IMG/VR virus record: IMGVR_UViG_3300020424_000002
Coordinates: 82,137 to 146,136 of that record
Direction: 5' to 3' (one strand)
DNA: 64,000 nucleotides
DNA from: a virus
Shown: positions 39,226-49,431 of the stretch, piece by piece
Numbering within the stretch: the first letter of the stretch is position 1
How the letters are laid out: every line of letters begins with the position of its first letter
Program-made: the position numbers and the translations under genes
The notes under the pieces: model-generated
Seen by the model: the letters and a program-made list of their open reading frames with translations, nothing else
The model's database searches: none
What the model was told of the DNA's origin: nothing

Positions 39226-39506
39226 GCTGTTCCTTTTTGATATGCATCAATTAAATCGTCACCAGTTTTTCTAATTCCAAAGGTGCAAATTTCTTTACCA
39301 TTCCTTTCCCTAACAATGAGTCCACTGTTATATTCTGTATCAGTAACATATCCATTCTTTTCAATATCTGCTTTTGTTTCAGCAGTTTCATAATACATAG
39401 ATGTTAGTGAATGTGTATGAACAGATTTAATACCATCTGCCCACTCTTCTGCTTCTAATAAGATTCTTTGTCTTTGCACCCTATAATCATATTCACCCAT
39501 TGTCAA
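39222..39506 (-). CDS. Hypothetical protein
   Basis: ORF track. Confidence 0.55.
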   Translation of the reverse strand: MTMGEYDYRVQRQRILLEAEEWADGIKSVHTHSLTSMYYETAETKADIEKNGYVTDTEYNSGLIVRERNGKEICTFGIRKTGDDLIDAYQKGTA

Positions 39507-39813
39507 AACTCCTTATCCTTGCTGGGATAACTTTATTCCAATTACAATCATCACAAACTCTAGCATTGATATCTTCAAGAATTGGTTGTGGATTATTTCC
39601 ATGACCCTCATATGACCCTGTGCATAAAGCACAAGGTCGAGGAGAACTAGATGACTCTAGTGAGGTCTTAGATTGTAAAGTCATCTTTGACATTCTCCTC
39701 TTCAAACTTTTCAAAGTGTTCTTCTTGAACATTGACTCCTTCATCAACCTTAGTGTAAAGGTCAAGGAAGGATGCTTTGGTGTCTTCATCGAATCTTGCA
39801 AGACACACCTCAA
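39493..39813 (-). CDS. Small Cys-rich (CxxC...CxxC) protein; true start likely near 39690
   Basis: CALC...GNNPQP...VCDDCN. Confidence 0.5.
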   Translation of the reverse strand: MRCVLQDSMKTPKHPSLTFTLRLMKESMFKKNTLKSLKRRMSKMTLQSKTSLESSSSPRPCALCTGSYEGHGNNPQPILEDINARVCDDCNWNKVIPARIRSFDNG

Positions 39814-40846
39814 TGGACTTCAACTTGTCGTTGAACATTGAGTATGCTTTTGCAATGTGAACTAATCTTCTAGTTGATATCACTTCATCAACTGCACCTT
39901 CGTAGAAGGACTTTCTAATGACATCTGCCCAGTCAACAAGTTTGTTTGCAAACTCATCATCGTTGACACCAAGGATTGCAAAGTCACCTTTGACAATTTT
40001 CTTCTCAGTAGTCACTGGTGGATATTCTTGTTCAAGACATATTGCAAACCTTTCAAGGAATGCTTCGTTCAAGATGTTAGTTCCAATGAATCTACCATCC
40101 TCAGAACCTTTACCTTTAGTGTTTGCAGTTGCAACCACTGTGAACCCATCTGCTGGTTTTACAAACTCACCAGTTTTCTTGATTAAGTAACCACCACCTT
40201 CTAGGATGGATTGTAAACACATAATCTTGTTTGATGCAAGGTCAACCTCATCAAGAAGTAACACTGCACCTTTTCTCATTGCTTTAAGAACAGGGCCTTC
40301 TTTGAAAACAATGTTACCATTGATTAGAGTATTTGAACCAATCAAATCATCCTCATCTGTCTCGATGGTGATGTTAACTCTGAATAACTCCTTCTTGAGT
40401 TTTGCACAAATTTGTTCGACCATCAAAGTCTTACCATTACCACTGAGACCAGTAATAAACACTGGAAAGAAAACTCCAGATTTAAGAATTGACTTAAGGT
40501 CTTTGAAGTGACCAAAAGGAACATAGTTATCCATCACTGTAGGAATAACTGAAATATTCTCATCGAGAACATTCACACCAACAGTAGATGTTGGAACTGG
40601 AACTGTCTCAACAGTTTGAACAGCTTGCACTGGAGCTGGTTGAGTATAATTCTCTGGAACTACAGATTCAATGGAATATGTACCATAACCTGCTTTGAAT
40701 TGTGGATTTCTAAATAACCACGATGGTTTAGGAATACCTGCTGTAGCACAGATTTTCTTTACTGTGGATTTTGAAAACTCCACTTGATTAGGAAACTGTT
40801 CTGCAGCTGCATCAAGAAACCTATAATGATTTGCATTTAAATTCAT
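39668..40846 (-). CDS. CobS-like MoxR AAA+ ATPase
   Basis: GLSGNGKT, LLLDEVD, ATANTKGKG, NEAFLERF; class A promoter at 40888-40917. Confidence 0.9.
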   Translation of the reverse strand: MNLNANHYRFLDAAAEQFPNQVEFSKSTVKKICATAGIPKPSWLFRNPQFKAGYGTYSIESVVPENYTQPAPVQAVQTVETVPVPTSTVGVNVLDENISVIPTVMDNYVPFGHFKDLKSILKSGVFFPVFITGLSGNGKTLMVEQICAKLKKELFRVNITIETDEDDLIGSNTLINGNIVFKEGPVLKAMRKGAVLLLDEVDLASNKIMCLQSILEGGGYLIKKTGEFVKPADGFTVVATANTKGKGSEDGRFIGTNILNEAFLERFAICLEQEYPPVTTEKKIVKGDFAILGVNDDEFANKLVDWADVIRKSFYEGAVDEVISTRRLVHIAKAYSMFNDKLKSIEVCLARFDEDTKASFLDLYTKVDEGVNVQEEHFEKFEEENVKDDFTI

Positions 40847-40887
40847 AATTTATACCTCACTATTTTTGAATTTTTTACCATATGTGT

Positions 40888-40917
40888 ATTATACTAAAAA
40901 GTGTACCCATCATGCAA
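40888..40917 (-). promoter_or_regulatory. Class A promoter
   Basis: TTGCAT-gatgggtacactttttag-TATAAT. Confidence 0.7.
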
Positions 40918-43231
40918 CCTTCTTAACGAAGTGTTGAAGAATTTTTCTTTGGGACATTTTGTTGTTACCCATTCTTTTCATTGCACCCTTCAATGCTTGT
41001 TTACTTGCACCAGCTTGTACATCTAAAGTGTCATCTTCTGATACTATACCCATTTTTCTTTTGTTTAGAATGTAGAACTCTTTGTATCCACTTTTCTCAG
41101 TAGTTGGAACTGAGTATCCACCTTCTTTTCTGAATACTTTGTATCCATCTTGTTTTGTATCCCAGTCTTGATACTCACCACTAAACATGTCAACTGCACT
41201 ATCGAAGTCTCTGTGAGAGTTCTTACAAATAAAGAACCCAACAGTATCAACACCAGTAGTTTGTTCAATCCATTTTAGAAGATTATCTGTACCTCTTCTA
41301 CTACCTTTTTTACAATATGCATAGGTGTTTTTAGTTCTTCTATCGTGGAAGAATTTATCATCACTGTATGGAAAACAACCTAGTTGAAAACTTTGACCAT
41401 CGGTAAGAGTCACAAATTGTAGTTTGTCAATTCCATAGTTGTGTTTGAAATCTGCAATGTAGTCTCTGATTACCATCAATGAATCGTCAAGTGGTGTGCC
41501 ACCTAAAGAATAGTCGTAATTTTGACCATAATCTGCTTGGAATCTGTCACCTTTACCAGCACCATGGTAGTAATAACTTCTTCCATTACACATTGATTCA
41601 AGTTGTGCATTCATAACTACTGCACCCTCAAAGAAATCTTTTTTGTTCATCTTGTCAGAGAATAACTCGATAAGTTTGAAGGAAGTCTTAGGATGAAACT
41701 TGTATCTATCATATTCTTTTTTTGCAATTAGTTCTCCTAATTCTTGTTCAGCAGCATTATATCCAGCACCTCTATATGCATCAGTAAATGCATAGACTCT
41801 GTGGGGAATACCAACTCTTCTACAGAACATTGTAAGAACTATTGTTTGTTCATAAGTCTCTCTGATTACATCGTACATAGACCCAGACCAGTCAACCAAC
41901 ATGATAACACCATGGTTTTTACCATCAGGAATTACAGTTGCTCTTTTGAATATATCATCTTTGAGTAAATACTGGTGGATTCTTGACATATCAATTTCAC
42001 CAGTTTTTGCAGACATTGACTTCTTGTATGCATCTGCAGCTTTTCTCATATCAAATTCTTTTGCCATGTAGTTGATTATGTTCTTATTGAAGTCAAAGAA
42101 CTTTTGAGTATACTCTCTAGAGTTTGCAAGAGTATCACAATATTCAGATTTTTCTTTTGTAAATGAACTAGTAATTTCACTCATCACTCTTTTGTAAGGA
42201 AGAACTAAATCTTTGAATTTGATTTCTTTAGAATTGAACTCTATGTAAGCAGGTTCTCTTTCCCAATTATCCAAATCTTTGTGAAGTTTGTCTTCGTTGT
42301 TTCTGAAATTCTTATCAGTGATAGACTCATTAGGTTTGTCTTCTGCATTACCACTTTGACCACCTTCACCTTCACCACCTTTTAGATTTCTACCTTTTTC
42401 TTCTTCACCTTCACCAAGTTCTTCTGATTCGTTCTCACCTTCTGCATCTTCATCGTCAGATTGTTCACCACCTTTTGTACTATCTTCTTCACCCTTTTCC
42501 TCAGACTCTTCTTCTGATTCCATGTCACCACCAATTGAATCTTCTGCATCACCTTCTTGTTCTTGTTCATCGAAGTCTTGAGGCATTGAATCACCATCAC
42601 CTTCTGAGGTTTCTACACTTTGTGCAGAAGTATCTGTTTGTGGTTGTAAATCTTCTAACTTAGATAACTCATAAAGATAGTCTGCCATCTTGACAACTTT
42701 TTCCCAAGTATCCATTTTAGTATCCATCATGGTTACAAGTTTTTGTTCCTCTGGAGAGAACTCAACCATAAGTTTGTGACCAATTTTGAAATAAAGATTA
42801 ATTCTGTCTATGAATGCAAGTTTGTTTACATCATAGTTTTTGACCCCAAAGAAATCAAGGTCGACATGTAATTCTTTGTATGCATCGTAGAAGATTCTTC
42901 TAAGACCAGCATATTTGTTCTTGATATGTTTTTCTATTCTGATATCTTCTAAAACATTAAGATATCCTTTGTAAGTTGCACCTTTTTCACATACTGCATC
43001 GTGCCATCCATCAGCTGGAGTAATAAGTGCATGACCAACTTCATGACCCATGAATAAGTCATATAGTTGATTAGACATATCGTCTTTAAGAATAGGACAA
43101 ACTAATTTTCTAGTATCTGGTTCGAAATATGCAGTAGGAACTTTTTTATGTTCTATAATTAAATCCTCAGTTGCAAGTAATCTTGCAAGTGAGTCTTTTC
43201 TTGTTCTAAGTATTTCTGTATTCGACCTCAT
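40910..43231 (-). CDS. CobT-like metallopeptidase/VWA protein, partner of the AAA ATPase (start ATG 43231)
   Basis: HEVGH, NVLEDIRIE, acidic linker, MIDAS DWSGSM, GGTPL, LTDG. Confidence 0.85.
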   Translation of the reverse strand: MRSNTEILRTRKDSLARLLATEDLIIEHKKVPTAYFEPDTRKLVCPILKDDMSNQLYDLFMGHEVGHALITPADGWHDAVCEKGATYKGYLNVLEDIRIEKHIKNKYAGLRRIFYDAYKELHVDLDFFGVKNYDVNKLAFIDRINLYFKIGHKLMVEFSPEEQKLVTMMDTKMDTWEKVVKMADYLYELSKLEDLQPQTDTSAQSVETSEGDGDSMPQDFDEQEQEGDAEDSIGGDMESEEESEEKGEEDSTKGGEQSDDEDAEGENESEELGEGEEEKGRNLKGGEGEGGQSGNAEDKPNESITDKNFRNNEDKLHKDLDNWEREPAYIEFNSKEIKFKDLVLPYKRVMSEITSSFTKEKSEYCDTLANSREYTQKFFDFNKNIINYMAKEFDMRKAADAYKKSMSAKTGEIDMSRIHQYLLKDDIFKRATVIPDGKNHGVIMLVDWSGSMYDVIRETYEQTIVLTMFCRRVGIPHRVYAFTDAYRGAGYNAAEQELGELIAKKEYDRYKFHPKTSFKLIELFSDKMNKKDFFEGAVVMNAQLESMCNGRSYYYHGAGKGDRFQADYGQNYDYSLGGTPLDDSLMVIRDYIADFKHNYGIDKLQFVTLTDGQSFQLGCFPYSDDKFFHDRRTKNTYAYCKKGSRRGTDNLLKWIEQTTGVDTVGFFICKNSHRDFDSAVDMFSGEYQDWDTKQDGYKVFRKEGGYSVPTTEKSGYKEFYILNKRKMGIVSEDDTLDVQAGASKQALKGAMKRMGNNKMSQRKILQHFVKKVA

Positions 43232-43237
43232 GTAAGT

Positions 43238-43267
43238 ATTATATGAAAAAATGTACCTATAAGTCAA
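43238..43267 (-). promoter_or_regulatory. Class A promoter
   Basis: TTGACT-tataggtacattttttca-TATAAT. Confidence 0.8.
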
Positions 43268-43342
43268 TGGCGGTCTCTAGGAGAATCGAACTCCTCTCTC
43301 TGCCGTGACAAGGCAGTATTCTTACCGATGAACTAAGAGACC
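43268..43342 (-). tRNA. tRNA-Asp (GTC) with encoded CCA
   Basis: GGTCTCT...CTGCC TTGTCAC GGCAG...AGGAG TTCGATT CTCCT AGAGACC G CCA cloverleaf. Confidence 0.93.
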
Positions 43343-43344
43343 AT

Positions 43345-43635
43345 CATTATTTAGTAGAATTATCTCCATTTGTTCTAGGGTAACACCCTATTCTATCACC
43401 GAGTCCTTCTAGTGAGGCCTTACCTCAATTTTATCTAGGTCAATAGGCAGTGACCATAATGTGACTTCGTTTTAACCCAATCCCACCACTACTAATGGAT
43501 TTCATGGAATCATTTCAAACTATGGGGATATCTGCTGGAGTCTTGTCATTTTACAGATTTTAAACGATATCCTCACTTCGTTTTTTCTCCTCTCAACCAA
43601 CCTACCAACACAACGAGGAGTTCAATCACACGATA
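43345..43635 (-). ncRNA. Putative structured ncRNA or tRNA-precursor leader
   Basis: Gap with no credible ORF, between a class A promoter (43640-43669) and the tRNA; several hairpins; AAAACGAAGT twice. Confidence 0.5.
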
Positions 43636-43639
43636 GAAT

Positions 43640-43669
43640 ATTATATGAAATTATGTACCTATGAGTCAA
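43640..43669 (-). promoter_or_regulatory. Class A promoter
   Basis: TTGACT-cataggtacataatttca-TATAAT. Confidence 0.8.
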
Positions 43670-44462
43670 TTTTTTCTATATTAAAATAGTTTGCCCACCA
43701 CTGTCTAACTGGTTCAGATGATGCTGTAGTATTAGTTGTTGATGGGTCTGGATTAGGTATTAAATCTCTCCATCCACCTTCTTTATTAGTACCTTGCGTA
43801 CCATGGGATTGTAGTTCCATTTCTTCTGCTTGAGTTGTATACCATATTGGTGCAGTATACCTATCTTCTCTAGTTCCATCTACATTTGCTGGTTTGACAC
43901 CATGAAAATGTTTCATACTTTCAAATATTACACATGTTCCTTGTTCTGGTTTTAAAACTGTACCATCTTCAAAATATGTCTCACCACCTTCAAAGTTGTC
44001 GTTAAGATACAAGATAGATGCAAAATCTGTAAATGGAACTACATTAATAACATCCTCTTCATTCTCCATAAACTCTAAAGGAGTTCCTTTTCTTGTTTCT
44101 ATTGGAACTTCATATAATGGTTTTGCCATGACATCAATATGCATTTCTTGACCTTTACCAGATGGCCACCACATAAGTTCTGATTGTTCTGGATATGCTC
44201 TTTGACCATAGACTTTCCAGATTTCTGATATTGCTTTGTATTGATATTCTGCAAGGATTCTTTTGACTTCTAAATTACGAATACTGACCATAGGTATCCT
44301 ACGACCATTGTATTGTTCAGCTGCATCATCGTGTGTAACTAGATTAAAATTAATCTTGTGATACTGTATCAGTTTCTTGCACTGTTCCTTCGTCAGGCAG
44401 TTTGGGATTGTTGCGATAATGTTCTCTGGCAATTTGTATAAATTGTTCTCTTGCTCTTGCAT
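43659..44462 (-). CDS. Prolyl-hydroxylase-like 2OG-Fe(II) oxygenase
   Basis: MHID, ILYLNDNFEGGET, HFHGV, RYT. Confidence 0.8.
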   Translation of the reverse strand: MQEQENNLYKLPENIIATIPNCLTKEQCKKLIQYHKINFNLVTHDDAAEQYNGRRIPMVSIRNLEVKRILAEYQYKAISEIWKVYGQRAYPEQSELMWWPSGKGQEMHIDVMAKPLYEVPIETRKGTPLEFMENEEDVINVVPFTDFASILYLNDNFEGGETYFEDGTVLKPEQGTCVIFESMKHFHGVKPANVDGTREDRYTAPIWYTTQAEEMELQSHGTQGTNKEGGWRDLIPNPDPSTTNTTASSEPVRQWWANYFNIEKIDS

Positions 44463-44961
44463 ATTGCTTTTCTCTTTTCTGTTTCTTTTTCATTGCTCTT
44501 TCTAATTTTAATCTAGAAAGATAATCTATAAACAGAACACCTTGTAAGTGGTCATACTCATGTTGAAAACATCTACATGTCATACCACTAAATTCTAATT
44601 CTTTTAATTCTCCATGTTCATCTTGCCACCTTGCACGAATCCAACTAGGTCTGGAGATATGTGCAAAAATTCCATCACAGCCTGGAGTAAGACATCCTTC
44701 TTCCATTAATACAGTATCTTCTGATACTTCTAGTATCTCTGGATTTGCAATGAACATAGATTGTTCTTTGTTTGCACCTTTCATTACAAATACTGAACAG
44801 TCATACCCAACTTGATTTGCAGATAATCCTACACCACCATTATCAAACATTTCATCTATTAATTCATTTCTTAATTCAATAGGGTCTTTAAGTGGTTTAT
44901 CAAAATCAAAAAATTTTGTTTTAGTTCTTAATAGTGGATGGTCTTTATGTAATAGTTTCAT
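44350..44961 (-). CDS. def: Peptide deformylase
   Basis: GVGLSANQVG, EGCL, QHEYDHLQG. Confidence 0.93.
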   Translation of the reverse strand: MKLLHKDHPLLRTKTKFFDFDKPLKDPIELRNELIDEMFDNGGVGLSANQVGYDCSVFVMKGANKEQSMFIANPEILEVSEDTVLMEEGCLTPGCDGIFAHISRPSWIRARWQDEHGELKELEFSGMTCRCFQHEYDHLQGVLFIDYLSRLKLERAMKKKQKREKQYARAREQFIQIAREHYRNNPKLPDEGTVQETDTVSQD

Positions 44962-45593
44962 GGTGCAATGTGTCTAAAATTGTTGTTTAAATCTATCCAT
45001 TCATACCAACCAGTGACAACATATTTAGTTTCACTAATTGGTGGATTTCCTCTATGGATATGTGTATAGTGTGCAGGCCACACTAAGAAATCACCCTTTT
45101 TTGGTGGATATCTTAATTTTTGATTCAAAAATTCTGTTTCTCCACCCTCTTCAATATCATTAAGATACAACATCCATGCAAGGACTCTTGTAGAATTACT
45201 AGGTGATTGTTCACAATGCCACACATGATATCCTTCGCCTGGTTGAGTTTTTTGTATTTTACAATCAATTGCCATTGGTCTATCAAAGCCTGGATACTCT
45301 TTCATGTAACATTCTAAGATATCACCATTTATATACTTTAAAAAATCATGAAATTTATCATCACCCATTATTTCATCATCTTTACTTGGTACAGCTGGTT
45401 GCATATGATTAAAACAAGTAGAGGTGTCAGCTTTTTGCAATTTAGTACCATCATCATTTTCTTGTCTTGTACCAACTGCTCTTACTGATTCACAAAACTT
45501 ATAGTAGTTTATAAAGTCTTCTATGTGTTCTGGTTTAAACCAATTTTGAAAATGACCGATGAAATCAGTATATTCTACTTTTCGTTCTTCCAT
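44958..45593 (-). CDS. 2OG-Fe(II) oxygenase
   Basis: GYHVWHCE, MLYLNDIEEGGETEF, THIHRGNPP, KYVVTGW. Confidence 0.85.
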   Translation of the reverse strand: MEERKVEYTDFIGHFQNWFKPEHIEDFINYYKFCESVRAVGTRQENDDGTKLQKADTSTCFNHMQPAVPSKDDEIMGDDKFHDFLKYINGDILECYMKEYPGFDRPMAIDCKIQKTQPGEGYHVWHCEQSPSNSTRVLAWMLYLNDIEEGGETEFLNQKLRYPPKKGDFLVWPAHYTHIHRGNPPISETKYVVTGWYEWIDLNNNFRHIAP

Positions 45594-46375
45594 ACTTCAC
45601 TCCAAACCCTATCAAACTTGTTGGGGTCTTCATAATATTCATTCACATTACTCACTGGTTGTGGTATTTTTCTCGTAACTAATTTATCCATATTAACTTT
45701 TTTAGTTGTATCTAATCCTACAGTTTCAATAATAGATTGTGGATTACTAACTAGGTCTTCATATGCAATCCATCCATCTGTAACTGGTATTGAATTGATT
45801 ATGTATCTTTCTATAGATTCTTTGAAGTCTTCTATGTTTTTTCTTATTACTTCAATCCTACCAACTAAAGTTTTTCTTTTGTTAAGTATATAGTCTGCTG
45901 TTGTATCATCAACTGCATGAAAGGATTTAATTCCAGCAACAAATGCTAACTCTAATGATACATACCATGCTTTAATATCTTTTCTATATAATGTAAATAC
46001 TTTATACCCATACTTTTCTTTAAGTACTTCTGGTTTTACATAATCAGATTCATTCCAAATATTTGCACTAGTAAGTGGAAGTTTTTTACCACTTTCAAGT
46101 AACCCAAAAAACTCGTCTGAAATTTCTTGAAAGTTACTACCAAATGGATGTTCTATACCATGATTATCTAAACTTACTCCTAGAAATGGTTCTAATGGAT
46201 TTTTTATTTTTTTAAAATAAGTTGGTAACTCTGTACCATGTAATGCATTTATTATTGCACCAAGGTTTGCTTCTCCATCTTCTTTTGATAATACTTTTGA
46301 TTGTATAAGGTTGTTTATTATTAATTGTATTGCTAAGTAAGAGCCTGTTCGGGCATGTGTATTTAATAATATCAT
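45575..46375 (-). CDS. Sulfotransferase-like protein
   Basis: THARTGS, LYRKD, IAYEDLVSNP. Confidence 0.55.
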   Translation of the reverse strand: MILLNTHARTGSYLAIQLIINNLIQSKVLSKEDGEANLGAIINALHGTELPTYFKKIKNPLEPFLGVSLDNHGIEHPFGSNFQEISDEFFGLLESGKKLPLTSANIWNESDYVKPEVLKEKYGYKVFTLYRKDIKAWYVSLELAFVAGIKSFHAVDDTTADYILNKRKTLVGRIEVIRKNIEDFKESIERYIINSIPVTDGWIAYEDLVSNPQSIIETVGLDTTKKVNMDKLVTRKIPQPVSNVNEYYEDPNKFDRVWSEVWKNEK

Positions 46376-48087
46376 TTACTATTCACTATTCTACTAAAGT
46401 TTTTTACTTTCTCAAATGTCATAGTGTGTCTGAACTTTTCTGTTAAAACATCACCTTTATGAGATATGATAAAAGTATTAGTATCTCCATCTAATGTATG
46501 TAATATTTTCATAAACTCATCTGTTCCACCCTCATCAAGTGAACTATCAAACACTTCATCTAATACTAAAAGATTTGTGTTTACAGAGTTTTTTAATTTT
46601 GCAACTGCTCTCCATGTAAACAATAGTGCAAGGTCAATTCTCATCTTTTCACCTTCACTAAAGTTTGCATATGAGAATGCATCACGATATCTTGATTTGA
46701 TAGATTCATTAAATCCTTCATCAAGATTAAATTGAACAAAGAAGTCCATAGATGCAAGATACTTATTAATTAACTTATTCATAATAGGTAAGTACTGTCT
46801 TATGATTTTAGTTTTGATACCACTATCCTGTAATAACAAAGCTGCAATATCATAATAAGACCTTTTATCTATGAGACTTTCTTTTTCTGTGTTATGTCCT
46901 TTGAGAACCTTTAACTCTTTATTAAGTTTATCAGATTCATCTGTTTGAGATTCAGATTTTAGTTTTTCAATCTCTGCATTTATTTTTGTGATGTATTGAT
47001 TTGACGCAGATATCTCATTCTGTTTTTGTGCAACTTGTCTGTTGAGAGTGTCGACCTTACTTTGAATCTCTTGTATTTCCTCGATTCGTTTGTTGATATC
47101 TCTGACATTCTTCTCAATCTCATTGATTGCTTTATCAATCTCTGATAGTTTTCCCTCTGTTGTTGATATCTTTTCTTGTTTAAAGTCGTCTTCCATATCT
47201 CTGTGACAGGTTGGACATTCGTCATTATCCTCATAGAATTTTATCTCCGATTCACCCCTTTTCTTTGCATTTTCTAATTGTGTATGCAAATCAAGAGTCT
47301 TGGTTAGTTTTTGTTTTATTGTTTCACTATCCGAAGAATCATTCTGTAGGGACTCAACATCTTCTAATAACAAATTACATTCTTCTTGTAGATTGTCAAT
47401 GTTCTGTTGAGCTGTTTCAACACTTTCATTAAAATCTTGAATCTTTTGTCTACGATTTTCACCAAGAGATTTGATGTGTTTTTTGTAGGTATCGATTCTA
47501 TCTTCTGAAAGTCGGATTTCATAATCTAAATCCTTAAGTTCAGTTTTCAATCCATTCATTCTTACTTTGAGTAAGTTATTCATAATAGAAAATATATTAA
47601 TATCCAAGATATCTTCTATGATACCTCTTCTATCAGTTTGATTCATTTGCATGAATGGTGTGAAAGTTGAACTACCTAAAATAACCACTTGAGTGAAAGT
47701 CTTGTAGTTGAGTTTTAGGATTTGTTTCTCAAGTTGTTCTTGATAATCCCTCATGTTTGCATCTTGATTGATAATTCTATCGTTCAAGAATATCTCAAAC
47801 ACATTTGGTTTTGCACCACGAACAACTCGATACTGTTTTGACCCAATTGCAAACTCAACCTCGACCACCATCCCTCTTTGGTTGACCGAGTTGATGAGTG
47901 AGTTCTTGGATATCTTACGAAAACCCTTTCCAAATAATCCGAAACATAGTGCATCTAACATTGTAGATTTACCACTACCATTCTCACCTAAGATGAGAGT
48001 AGCTTTTCTATTATCTAAAAAGATTTCTGTAAACTGGTTTCCAGTGGAAAGTAAATTTTTCCATTTAACTGATTTAAATTTTATCAT
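46372..48087 (-). CDS. 46: Recombination endonuclease ATPase subunit gp46 (Rad50-like)
   Basis: GENGSGKS, CPTC hook, FSEGEK, LDEVFD. Confidence 0.95.
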   Translation of the reverse strand: MIKFKSVKWKNLLSTGNQFTEIFLDNRKATLILGENGSGKSTMLDALCFGLFGKGFRKISKNSLINSVNQRGMVVEVEFAIGSKQYRVVRGAKPNVFEIFLNDRIINQDANMRDYQEQLEKQILKLNYKTFTQVVILGSSTFTPFMQMNQTDRRGIIEDILDINIFSIMNNLLKVRMNGLKTELKDLDYEIRLSEDRIDTYKKHIKSLGENRRQKIQDFNESVETAQQNIDNLQEECNLLLEDVESLQNDSSDSETIKQKLTKTLDLHTQLENAKKRGESEIKFYEDNDECPTCHRDMEDDFKQEKISTTEGKLSEIDKAINEIEKNVRDINKRIEEIQEIQSKVDTLNRQVAQKQNEISASNQYITKINAEIEKLKSESQTDESDKLNKELKVLKGHNTEKESLIDKRSYYDIAALLLQDSGIKTKIIRQYLPIMNKLINKYLASMDFFVQFNLDEGFNESIKSRYRDAFSYANFSEGEKMRIDLALLFTWRAVAKLKNSVNTNLLVLDEVFDSSLDEGGTDEFMKILHTLDGDTNTFIISHKGDVLTEKFRHTMTFEKVKNFSRIVNSK

Positions 48088-49145
48088 GAAGCAACATCTA
48101 AGGCCTCTGTGTATAGAGACCTAATAATATTTTGTAGTTTTTCTTTGTCCTGTGATATTTCCATTGACTCTATGTGTTTTGATAATATTGTCAATGTGTC
48201 TTCTGCATCTTGGGCCATGTCTTCATCTGACATGTCACCTAGGTTGCCATGGTCTTCAACAACTTTAAAGTCTATGACATCTGCCTTTCCTAACCTTTCT
48301 ATGAATAAATCAAACCAATATGGATTCTCTTTGTTGATGACAATAACTTTAGTAAACATGCCTTTTAAATGTGAAAAATCCATTGCAAGTATTTCTTCTT
48401 GAGTTAGTTTGCTGTCATCGTAAAATATTTTTTCAAACATACGAATAGGATTTACAATCTTTTTCATTTCTCTAGTATCTGTATCAAAGATATGAAATCC
48501 TTTTGTATCTCCATAGTCTGACCAAGTAAATTCCATTTGAGAACCTAGATAGGTAATGTTATCCATAGTTGAACCAGTATGAAAGTGACCACTGTATACA
48601 TGTTCGAATCGTTTAAAAGTTTCTTTTGATGTTCCATGTGAAGAATAATAGCCAGGCATCATGATTGCACCTTCGATTTCTAAATGACCCATTGCAATTT
48701 GACCATCGGTAAATTGTAAATGTTCCATAGTATCTTCTAAATTATTTTTATGTATCCAAGGAATCAAACAAATTTTTAATCCATCATAGTCTTTTGTAAT
48801 AGTATCTTTATAGATTGTAATGTTGTCATACTTTAATAATGCATCACATGAGTTTACTTCACTAGTGTTCTTGTAATATAAATCATGATTACCTAATGTT
48901 AAATCCATAGTCATATCATTCTTTAAAAGATGTTCTATAAAGTGTTCTTTGTTTCTTTGTAAAGATAAGAAGTTAATACCAGTTCGTTTATCGAAGTAGT
49001 CTCCTAAGTGGACGATGTGTTTGATATCATTTTCAATACAATAAGGAAAGAAGACTTCTTCATAAAATCTTCTCATGTATTCGTGAAAATGTATACTATC
49101 GTTTCTGACACCCGCATGAGTGTCATTTAATACTGCAAATTTCAT
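48084..49145 (-). CDS. 47: Recombination endonuclease subunit gp47 (Mre11-like)
   Basis: DTH, GDYFD, GNHD, SGHFH. Confidence 0.95.
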   Translation of the reverse strand: MKFAVLNDTHAGVRNDSIHFHEYMRRFYEEVFFPYCIENDIKHIVHLGDYFDKRTGINFLSLQRNKEHFIEHLLKNDMTMDLTLGNHDLYYKNTSEVNSCDALLKYDNITIYKDTITKDYDGLKICLIPWIHKNNLEDTMEHLQFTDGQIAMGHLEIEGAIMMPGYYSSHGTSKETFKRFEHVYSGHFHTGSTMDNITYLGSQMEFTWSDYGDTKGFHIFDTDTREMKKIVNPIRMFEKIFYDDSKLTQEEILAMDFSHLKGMFTKVIVINKENPYWFDLFIERLGKADVIDFKVVEDHGNLGDMSDEDMAQDAEDTLTILSKHIESMEISQDKEKLQNIIRSLYTEALDVAS

Positions 49146-49146
49146 A

Positions 49147-49431
49147 TTAGTTTGTCATTAGGTCTATGACCCAAAAATTAAATAGCATAAAACCCATTGC
49201 ACCAAATTGTATTAGACTTGCAATGATTACAAACATCAATGCTCTGTCACCCCACCATTTACCTTCTGTTTCATGCCATTCCTTAACTTGTTCTGGAGTT
49301 GCATTTTCAGGCACCCAACGAATACCTTGTTGTTGTGCAGTTTTTAGGTCTGGTGTTGTGAAGTCTAATTTCATTTGTTTAGGGTCGTCAAGATTAGGTT
49401 CTTCTGTTGGTCTTTTCCAAGGGTCTGTCAT
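49147..49431 (-). CDS. Hypothetical membrane protein
   Basis: C-terminal TM helix. Confidence 0.55.
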   Translation of the reverse strand: MTDPWKRPTEEPNLDDPKQMKLDFTTPDLKTAQQQGIRWVPENATPEQVKEWHETEGKWWGDRALMFVIIASLIQFGAMGFMLFNFWVIDLMTN

